A DNA stretch of 64,000 nt, from IMG/VR virus record IMGVR_UViG_3300031992_000081, one strand, 5' to 3'. This stretch comes from an uncultured virus (IMG/VR IMGVR_UViG_3300031992_000081). Taxonomy: Duplodnaviria; Heunggongvirae; Uroviricota; Caudoviricetes. The position numbers and the translations under genes were made by a program. Positions 57,569 through 64,000 of the stretch are shown piece after piece. The notes below the pieces were generated by a model, which had not been told where the DNA came from, did not search any database, and worked only from the letters and a program-made list of their open reading frames with translations. Numbering within the stretch: position 1 is the first letter of the stretch; each line of letters starts with the position of its first letter.

Positions 57569-57910
57569 CTATTTAAAAAATATAATGTATACATCATGAT
57601 ACAATCCATCTGCGACATATTGCCTATCATATGTTGTATAAGGAAACAAGTTTAATAATAGTTCAACATTATCGTCATCAGGATCATCATGAATATAATA
57701 CAAAGTATACTTGGTGCCCTTCATATAGATTCCATTATCCGCATAATATCGAATATTAGGTTCACCTTTATAGAGAATACAAGGATACTTCATATCCATA
57801 GTTGGTGGGCGTTTAAAGTATATACCTTTAACGCGTGGAACTGTTCCCAATTTTGTATGGAACTCAAGTCTCTTCGTCAGCCTTGGGTTGTCGTTCGCCA
57901 TTGTAAACAC
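57569..57910 (-). CDS. tail terminator / head-tail joining protein
   Basis: YFKRP...MKYPCILY...YVADGLYHDVY; synteny. Confidence 0.65.
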   Translation of the reverse strand: MFTMANDNPRLTKRLEFHTKLGTVPRVKGIYFKRPPTMDMKYPCILYKGEPNIRYYADNGIYMKGTKYTLYYIHDDPDDDNVELLLNLFPYTTYDRQYVADGLYHDVYIIFFK

Positions 57911-58211
57911 CTCCCAAATATATTAATATACTGGGATAGTTTCGAATGTCGACCGTTTTTACAATCCAGCAAGAACCCATATGCTCAACGAATTTCATCC
58001 GCTGATAATTCAATTGAGCAAATGGATCTGCAACGATTTTTATTCGGTCATCAATCATTATGTCATGATTGGTAGTTTCCTCAGAAGAATATAATCGTCT
58101 AACTTCTTGCTGAATGTCACCTCTATAGAATTTCTCAACTATAGTAGGATTAAAAACGCCAGGGACTGTTTCATTAGGTATTTCAAACCCAATTATCCCA
58201 GCAAATTTCAT
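57864..58211 (-). CDS. head closure / head-tail adaptor
   Basis: KFAGIIGF...YRGD...IVADPFA; synteny after the capsid gene. Confidence 0.65.
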   Translation of the reverse strand: MKFAGIIGFEIPNETVPGVFNPTIVEKFYRGDIQQEVRRLYSSEETTNHDIMIDDRIKIVADPFAQLNYQRMKFVEHMGSCWIVKTVDIRNYPSILIYLGGVYNGERQPKADEET

Positions 58212-58214
58212 ATA

Positions 58215-59660
58215 TTAGTCCCTCTTAGCCTCAAGATTAACATACTTCAGACTATAAATTACGGTATTTGTGGAACCGTCCTTAGTCGTAATAGCACGAA
58301 CCTTCTGCTGCTTATTAGCAATCTTGCCAACCCAGAGACCATCGGATTCCAGAGTCGACGGACCAGAAGTACCGCCAATGATCTCGACGGTAGTTGTAGC
58401 ACCATCATCAGTATCAAACTTGAGAGTAAGGAAGTTGCCCTGAGCGCCCTGCTCAAATCCGTCGTAGTTCGTAACATACTTGAGAGTACCACGAATCTCA
58501 CCGAGATCATTGATACGAACACCAGACTGAAGTTCAGCAGCTGTCTTACCGAGAATATCAGTATTCGGAGCCGGAGCTTCAGCAACGATCTTGAGCATCG
58601 GATAATGAGAAGCCTCAACTACGATAGCAGATCTCAGCTTAACAAGAGCACCAGAGAAACGGCACTCCATCAGGTACTTATACTGGTTGAAGTCGATATC
58701 GAAATCGTCAAACATCTCAGTATTGCCACCACGATCAGCACCAACCTTGTAGTCAGCCAGGTTAACAAGAATAGCAACGAGATCATACTCATTGTTATCG
58801 GAATCTGTATAAACCTTACCGTCAAACTGCGGAACTTCAACGATCTTAGATACGCGAAGCGCAGCAGCCAGTTCGGAATCAGACTTATACAGCGGATGAT
58901 TAAATCCATCCTTAGCCAGAAGCATAGTTGTGAGCCAATCCGGGCTGCAGAACAGCGTCAGGTTACCAGAACCCTTGTAGTCCTTACGGGAACGGAGAAT
59001 TGTCTGACGGAGGATCTCTGTCTTATCCGTATCGCTAGCATTTTCCGGGAAATAAACCGGGCGACGAATTGTATACAGCTCATCATCCTTCCAAATCGGT
59101 CTGATATGATCTTCCGGAATCTTGTCGTCATCATACGGAGCACGACCGTCACCAGTAAGAATAGCCATAGCCTTCTCAAGATCAAGCATCATCTTCATTT
59201 CGTTCTTAATCCACGGAACGATATCGAAATCGGTGATATCAATGATATCATCACGATCCAGCTTCTGCTTCTTATAGATTGTGCACGGAGAAGTCTCTCT
59301 CTTAAGCAGCGAGAATACTTCTTCCTTCTTTCTGTTACCCTTGACGTAACCCTTCGCACGAGCCTCATCAGCAGTAATATCTGCAAAACGAGTACGGATA
59401 CGAGAGAACGGAGTATGAGATACACCGTTAAGTACTACAGGGACCCAAGCATTTTCGGGCTTTACCCACTCCGGCGGAATATTAACATCCTTCGGATCCG
59501 GGAACAGGGATTCAATATCCTGAATGCCGTAATCTTCGGCGTGCATCAGAATAGAATCGGACAGGGTAGCCTTATTAACTACAGCATCCTGAACGATCTG
59601 AGCGAAATCGGCATGGGCGATAGGCTCTCTTGTGTTGTCTTCGAAAACATTTCTCTTCAT
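58215..59660 (-). CDS. major capsid protein from in-frame internal start
   Basis: AAGGAGGAAACAACGAA-ATG (MKRNVFED) at 59660, in frame with the fusion. Confidence 0.6.
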   Translation of the reverse strand: MKRNVFEDNTREPIAHADFAQIVQDAVVNKATLSDSILMHAEDYGIQDIESLFPDPKDVNIPPEWVKPENAWVPVVLNGVSHTPFSRIRTRFADITADEARAKGYVKGNRKKEEVFSLLKRETSPCTIYKKQKLDRDDIIDITDFDIVPWIKNEMKMMLDLEKAMAILTGDGRAPYDDDKIPEDHIRPIWKDDELYTIRRPVYFPENASDTDKTEILRQTILRSRKDYKGSGNLTLFCSPDWLTTMLLAKDGFNHPLYKSDSELAAALRVSKIVEVPQFDGKVYTDSDNNEYDLVAILVNLADYKVGADRGGNTEMFDDFDIDFNQYKYLMECRFSGALVKLRSAIVVEASHYPMLKIVAEAPAPNTDILGKTAAELQSGVRINDLGEIRGTLKYVTNYDGFEQGAQGNFLTLKFDTDDGATTTVEIIGGTSGPSTLESDGLWVGKIANKQQKVRAITTKDGSTNTVIYSLKYVNLEAKRD

Positions 59661-60527
59661 TTCGTTGTTTCCTCCTTCATCGTTTTCGGTTTCTTCGGAA
59701 TCTTCTACGTCATCATCGTAGTCATCTTCATCATTTTGATTTTCGTCTTCATCTTCGTCATCATCTTCATACTCATCATCTTCATCTTCATCATCTTCAT
59801 CTTCATCTTCATCTTCATACTCTTCATCATCTTCATCATACTCATCTGTTTCTTCGTCAACTTCTTCGTCTTCATACTCATCTGGTTCTTCGTCAGCTTC
59901 TTCATCAGAATGAGCAATATTAAGATCCAGATCGCCGTTTGCGGCAGAAGTGACTAAAAACGCGAGAACCTTCTTCTGATCATCGTTCATACTAGCAATT
60001 ACAGATTGGACTGTGGGGTCCTTACCTTTGCTATCAGACTTCTCGCTTTCATCAGTGTCAGCATGAGACAATTCGAAATGGCACTCGTTTTCCGGCATGT
60101 AGATAATGGCGTCACTTTCGCCATCATCGTTATGCTCAATGTTGATATCTTCAATGTAAGCACCAATATTTGCACCAGAAAGTACAAGACTTACTTCTTT
60201 AATATCGCCATGGAATACTTCGAGAGCGTTATTCTGACGAAGATGATTTGCATAGATGGACAAACTTGTAATATCGCCATGCATAACGCATTCCTTCATA
60301 GCATCCCCACTAATGGTATCATTGAAACTTCCATAACAATACATACCATCACTTCTAGATTCAAGTAGGCAATTGCCAACTAAATTTGTAGGGTCATTAT
60401 GTCCGTGCTGAAACATGAGCGGTACTGTCAGACCATCGCAATGCTTAAAAGCATCATTTTTTATAGTTCTGCCATCGGTGCACTTAATATTATACCGAGT
60501 GGCATAACCACAAAAGTCATACTTCAT
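58215..60527 (-). CDS. prohead protease - acidic linker - major capsid protein fusion (HK97-like), with C-terminal extra domain
   Basis: Protease motifs FQHGH, LSIYA, EVSLVLSGAN; D/E linker; capsid region with AILTGDG and FDDFDIDFNQYKYLMECRFSG. Start MKYDF at 60527. Confidence 0.85.
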   Translation of the reverse strand: MKYDFCGYATRYNIKCTDGRTIKNDAFKHCDGLTVPLMFQHGHNDPTNLVGNCLLESRSDGMYCYGSFNDTISGDAMKECVMHGDITSLSIYANHLRQNNALEVFHGDIKEVSLVLSGANIGAYIEDINIEHNDDGESDAIIYMPENECHFELSHADTDESEKSDSKGKDPTVQSVIASMNDDQKKVLAFLVTSAANGDLDLNIAHSDEEADEEPDEYEDEEVDEETDEYDEDDEEYEDEDEDEDDEDEDDEYEDDDEDEDENQNDEDDYDDDVEDSEETENDEGGNNEMKRNVFEDNTREPIAHADFAQIVQDAVVNKATLSDSILMHAEDYGIQDIESLFPDPKDVNIPPEWVKPENAWVPVVLNGVSHTPFSRIRTRFADITADEARAKGYVKGNRKKEEVFSLLKRETSPCTIYKKQKLDRDDIIDITDFDIVPWIKNEMKMMLDLEKAMAILTGDGRAPYDDDKIPEDHIRPIWKDDELYTIRRPVYFPENASDTDKTEILRQTILRSRKDYKGSGNLTLFCSPDWLTTMLLAKDGFNHPLYKSDSELAAALRVSKIVEVPQFDGKVYTDSDNNEYDLVAILVNLADYKVGADRGGNTEMFDDFDIDFNQYKYLMECRFSGALVKLRSAIVVEASHYPMLKIVAEAPAPNTDILGKTAAELQSGVRINDLGEIRGTLKYVTNYDGFEQGAQGNFLTLKFDTDDGATTTVEIIGGTSGPSTLESDGLWVGKIANKQQKVRAITTKDGSTNTVIYSLKYVNLEAKRD
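59690..59910. repeat. low-complexity (TCA/TCT)n tract encoding the Asp/Glu linker
   Basis: Runs of tcatcttcatct; protein EDEDEDEDDEDEDDEYEDD. Confidence 0.85.
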
Positions 60528-61788
60528 TTTGATTTTCTCCTTCCTCTGGAATTTCTTCGGGTCCACCTAAGAATTGTTCATTGTGAGCAATATTCTTATT
60601 GAGTAACTTATTGGCTTGTGGATCGCTAGAAGGCGGATATCCAATCTTACCTCTAAGTTCATTACCAGTAAGAACCTCATTTCTAGAGAATTTATCAACG
60701 ATTTCTGCCATTTGAGTAACTGGCGCATCCTTGAATACGTCTCTAAAGTACATGATTCTATGGCCCTCAAGAATACTTACTTCACTGAAGAAAGTTCTTG
60801 TGAATCCCTCTGTGATGGCTCTAAGAATCGGCATAATAGCCGAGTTGTAATACGAAACTTTAGCAGAATCATCAGCGGTTCCATCGATTATAGATGGCGG
60901 AATACCAAGCTGCGTCAATAGATGGTTATTGAGATACTCGATTTCCTTAAGAATGTTGTTTTCAGCAGGACGATTAAGTTGTGTGATATGTTCTGTTGAG
61001 TCTATGTATCCAATTCCATATCGGGACTCATTCATCTGCTGTTCAAGATCTTTACGCCTTTCTTCTGCAAGTTTCCTCTTAGATTCACCTCTAATAGTAT
61101 ATGGTAACTGAATAATTACATCTAATTTGCCAGATCCAGCTTCTTCGTCAATTCCATCCAACAAAGTAAGCTTTCTTATTATGCGTTGAGCTGTAGAATT
61201 GTGTTCATTCATTACCGCGTAAAATGGATTTTCAATAATACATACATCATTTTTAGAAAGAATAACCCGATCCTGTCTCTGAGTATACTGATTATAGCAT
61301 TCTACTTCGACATCATTAGGATACCATTTGGTTACCTTACCAACTCTAAGTGCATAGATATCTCGTATTCCATCTTCATTTTCTTCGTCTTCTCTTTCAA
61401 CTGGTACAACAGCTACACAGCCTTCATCAAACATTGAAAGTATAAGGTCCTCGATAAATGCAGATGGGGTTTGATCAATGTTAGCCGAAATATGTAATCG
61501 AAAATCTATAGAGTCTCTAAAAACATTTAAAAAGTTTTCGTCTCTATCTAAAAGAACGTGTCTAATATCAATCTGAGACGCATCCACAGCCATTTTAGAA
61601 TAAATGCCTCCTAAAATGGTCTTTTCTATTCCTCTAGATAAACGTCTTCGGTTAGGCCTAGTATAACTAGGAGTTACGTATGATGTATACTTTGGATATT
61701 CAGGATTTAATACTATCGGTTCTTGTTCGACCTTATTACGATTAAAGAAGGCATTCCAGGCGCCTTTTATACGCTCTGTTATATTCAT
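60517..61788 (-). CDS. portal protein
   Basis: 423 aa upstream of the protease; EGCVAVVP, NEVLTGNELR; synteny. Confidence 0.85.
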   Translation of the reverse strand: MNITERIKGAWNAFFNRNKVEQEPIVLNPEYPKYTSYVTPSYTRPNRRRLSRGIEKTILGGIYSKMAVDASQIDIRHVLLDRDENFLNVFRDSIDFRLHISANIDQTPSAFIEDLILSMFDEGCVAVVPVEREDEENEDGIRDIYALRVGKVTKWYPNDVEVECYNQYTQRQDRVILSKNDVCIIENPFYAVMNEHNSTAQRIIRKLTLLDGIDEEAGSGKLDVIIQLPYTIRGESKRKLAEERRKDLEQQMNESRYGIGYIDSTEHITQLNRPAENNILKEIEYLNNHLLTQLGIPPSIIDGTADDSAKVSYYNSAIMPILRAITEGFTRTFFSEVSILEGHRIMYFRDVFKDAPVTQMAEIVDKFSRNEVLTGNELRGKIGYPPSSDPQANKLLNKNIAHNEQFLGGPEEIPEEGENQNEV

Positions 61789-61803
61789 AAATATAATACC
61801 TCC

Positions 61804-62394
61804 TTATTTCTTATCATTTGGGTCATAATAGTAGAAAGTTTCGAAATCACCAAAATCTGGTATTTTATTAAGCCGTTCAAGGTCTTTAATTGTTGCTTTT
61901 CCTAATTGGCCCTGTGTTCCTAAATATTTCGCTAATGTGGCATAATTGCCTGTTATTTGGTATTTGCCGTCACTAGTTTTTGTCCATTTAATATCTGGAG
62001 CCGATGGAAAAATAGCAGACGATAACTTCTTAAAAGCATTTTCAGAAAGAGTAATGATTCCTTTTCCTATAGTTTGTCCTAAATATTTCTTAATAGTATT
62101 AGACGCATCTTTTACACGATCTTTTCTATTTTCTTCCTTATCCTTACTTACTAGTTTTCTATAAGTTTCTTCCTTTTGAAGTCTTTCAATGGTTTTATTA
62201 AGATCCTCATCAGTCATTCTATGTGAATACTTCTTTGAACCTTTATATGTAAGATTTCGTTTTTCGGAAGCTTTTGCACTTCTAACTATTGCCCTATGCT
62301 GCGATCTAGTAAGAGGATACGGAGGGCCATGAGTAACACCCCAACGCTGACCATCTATTCCATGATGGTATAATTCGTTTTTCATAGGCGTCAC
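61804..62394 (-). CDS. HHG-tag protein
   Basis: ELYHHGIDGQRWGVTHGPPYP; MTDEDLNKTIERLQKE. Confidence 0.8.
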   Translation of the reverse strand: MTPMKNELYHHGIDGQRWGVTHGPPYPLTRSQHRAIVRSAKASEKRNLTYKGSKKYSHRMTDEDLNKTIERLQKEETYRKLVSKDKEENRKDRVKDASNTIKKYLGQTIGKGIITLSENAFKKLSSAIFPSAPDIKWTKTSDGKYQITGNYATLAKYLGTQGQLGKATIKDLERLNKIPDFGDFETFYYYDPNDKK

Positions 62395-62400
62395 CTCGTT

Positions 62401-63306
62401 TTATGAGCTCTTCTTTTTCTTCTTAGTCTTAGGACCTGCATATCTGGATATCGCGGCTTTGTCCGAATCACGGGAAGTCCATGCTCCATTATCACCTGAG
62501 CCGCCTCCATTAATATTATTATGATTATATCTTTTTCTAGCGTTTTCAAGAAAATCATGTACTCGAGCTCTATCTGCTTTATATTTATCTGCTCGAGACT
62601 TTCCTTTAGTCGGGTCATACTTAGATACGTTACCATCGTATTCAATATTTTTCTTCTTAAGCTTTTGTTTATTGTTCCTAGAAAGGGCATTAAAACCGCT
62701 TTCTTGACGACGTTTCATGTCACCTATAGGTCCAATGTCCTTTTTCTCTTTTACTTTAACACTATTAAGAGCCCGATCGCCAGCGGCCTTAATTCTAGCC
62801 GCTGCAGAATCGCTTACAGCTCTCTTTTTAGTATCTTTTACTTTCTGATCTACTAGCCTTCTTCTGGTATCTTCCGGATTACTATTAGGTCCTCCGTTGT
62901 CATATTCGGCTCTCTTCTTTTTAATTCTTTTAGATTCATTACCAAAATCATCTACTTTACTCGGACTTCCAATATCTCTAGATTTAATTCTAGCAATTCT
63001 AGCATGATTTTTTGCTATGGTTGCATTACGTGTGTCTAAAGATTTTCTACGAGAATCTTCGCCATTTTGTTCCCAATGAGTTGGTTCAGCATCCGAATTT
63101 TGTCTATTAGAATTAGAAGCCATTCTGCTATAATGCATTTGCGCACGTCTTTTATCATACAAACTGTTACTTCCGTTACGCTTATGATATCTCCATTTCA
63201 TTCCTTTTACGCCATAATGCATTAATACAAGATTATCATAATTTTTCAAGACAATCCCTCCTTTCTTATTTTTTCTTAAACTTTTTGTCGGTTTCGGTTT
63301 TATCAT
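62401..63306 (-). CDS. HYG-tag basic low-complexity protein (true start probably internal, near 63249)
   Basis: VLMHYGVKGMKWRY; K/R/N/S-rich. Confidence 0.75.
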   Translation of the reverse strand: MIKPKPTKSLRKNKKGGIVLKNYDNLVLMHYGVKGMKWRYHKRNGSNSLYDKRRAQMHYSRMASNSNRQNSDAEPTHWEQNGEDSRRKSLDTRNATIAKNHARIARIKSRDIGSPSKVDDFGNESKRIKKKRAEYDNGGPNSNPEDTRRRLVDQKVKDTKKRAVSDSAAARIKAAGDRALNSVKVKEKKDIGPIGDMKRRQESGFNALSRNNKQKLKKKNIEYDGNVSKYDPTKGKSRADKYKADRARVHDFLENARKRYNHNNINGGGSGDNGAWTSRDSDKAAISRYAGPKTKKKKKSS

Positions 63307-63925
63307 TCATCACATTCACACGGTTAACGCCATTAGCTTTATTAATAGCATTTTGCTGATATGTGTATTCTCGATCTCTTCTATTAATTTCTCTAAATTT
63401 ATCATTGTCGTTTTTCTTAATTGCCGGCTGCTTATTCGCGGTGGTAGTAGTTTCTTCAGTAGATTTTTCACCAGAATTACTACCTTTACTACTTCCGCCT
63501 CCATTTTTATTTTTAAGTTCATTAGCTCTTTCTTGAGCTTTTTTCAAAGCATTATCATAAGCATTTCTTATAGCTTCTTCCCTTTTCTCTCTATCTTCTT
63601 GATCCTTTTTAGCCGCTTCGCTTGCTTTCTTAGAAAACTCAGTATTTTCAGCCGGATTTTGAATGTCTCTTTCGCTTGAAGTAAACCGTTTATTAGCTCC
63701 TCCACTTAAAGAAATATTCTTTTCTTTTTCAACTCTTACCGAACCATTCGGTTTTCTCATTCGTATATTTTTGTTATTTGGATCTATTGTAATACCTTTT
63801 TTGTATCTCCATCGCATACCTCTTACACCGTAATGAGCTAGCTCATCGGACTTAAGATATCCTTGCCGTCTAGTTTCTGTATCACCATAACGTTTTAAAA
63901 AATATTCTAAATCGTAATCTCTCAT
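63266..63925 (-). CDS. HYG-tag basic protein
   Basis: ELAHYGVRGMRWRY; AGGAGG RBS. Confidence 0.8.
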   Translation of the reverse strand: MRDYDLEYFLKRYGDTETRRQGYLKSDELAHYGVRGMRWRYKKGITIDPNNKNIRMRKPNGSVRVEKEKNISLSGGANKRFTSSERDIQNPAENTEFSKKASEAAKKDQEDREKREEAIRNAYDNALKKAQERANELKNKNGGGSSKGSNSGEKSTEETTTTANKQPAIKKNDNDKFREINRRDREYTYQQNAINKANGVNRVNVMNDKTETDKKFKKK

Positions 63926-63947
63926 CTAAAACTGCCTCCTTCCTTAA

Positions 63948-64000
63948 TTATTCGAATTCTTCTTTATGTAACTTATAAGCTATCCAAGCGTCCATTAACG
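63948..64000 (-). CDS. large terminase C-terminus (partial)
   Basis: ...LMDAWIAYKLHKEEFE-stop; position upstream of portal. Only 17 codons are visible. Confidence 0.55.
   Translation of the reverse strand, partial: LMDAWIAYKLHKEEFE

Noticed and set aside
59630..59923. His-rich and Met/Lys-rich ORFs
   Set aside because: Alternative frames of the Asp/Glu low-complexity linker.
291..63679. Plus-strand ORFs in the track, including 58107..59957 (616 aa) and those opposite the tape measure
   Set aside because: They are antisense shadows of well-supported minus-strand genes, with no RBS or recognisable motifs.
1..64000. Stop-codon reassignment
   Set aside because: Long genes translate intact in the standard code, and neither tRNA is a suppressor (anticodon TAA reads UUA).

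Overview
The window is 64 kb of a tailed dsDNA phage genome of siphovirus type. Strong AGGAGG ribosome-binding sites, an NlpC/P60 + peptidoglycan-binding endolysin and no visible spanins suggest a Gram-positive (Bacillota-like) host; this is inference. Essentially every real gene is on the minus strand. Reading in transcription direction (64000 down to 1): 3' end of the large terminase, three 'LxH-[HY]G-x-x-G-x-x-W' motif proteins, portal, a prohead protease/acidic linker/major capsid fusion, head-tail proteins, two tandem major tail proteins, chaperones, a 2640-aa tape measure, Dit, a tail hub, fibre/adhesin genes, lysis genes, and two more motif proteins. Next come an array of eight terminator-promoter-gene cassettes (29.1-31.6 kb), two tRNAs, about 60 small accessory ORFs, a probable origin, a fused helicase-primase-PolB replicase, an SSB and a truncated SF2 helicase. 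Most notable unexplained signals: (1) two paralogous structured non-coding RNAs (15766-15933, 28918-29063) with a covarying 30-bp closing stem whose loops are antisense to Shine-Dalgarno/start-codon-like sequence, one matching the 16S rRNA 3' end; (2) the modular cassette array; (3) five unrelated cargo proteins sharing an N-terminal tag, whose [LI]xH core recurs in the capsid precursor and portal and suggests a capsid-loading and protease-cleavage system; (4) the endolysin cell-wall-binding domain triplicated inside a tail protein. All protein calls come from motif recognition and synteny by eye; no searches were run.
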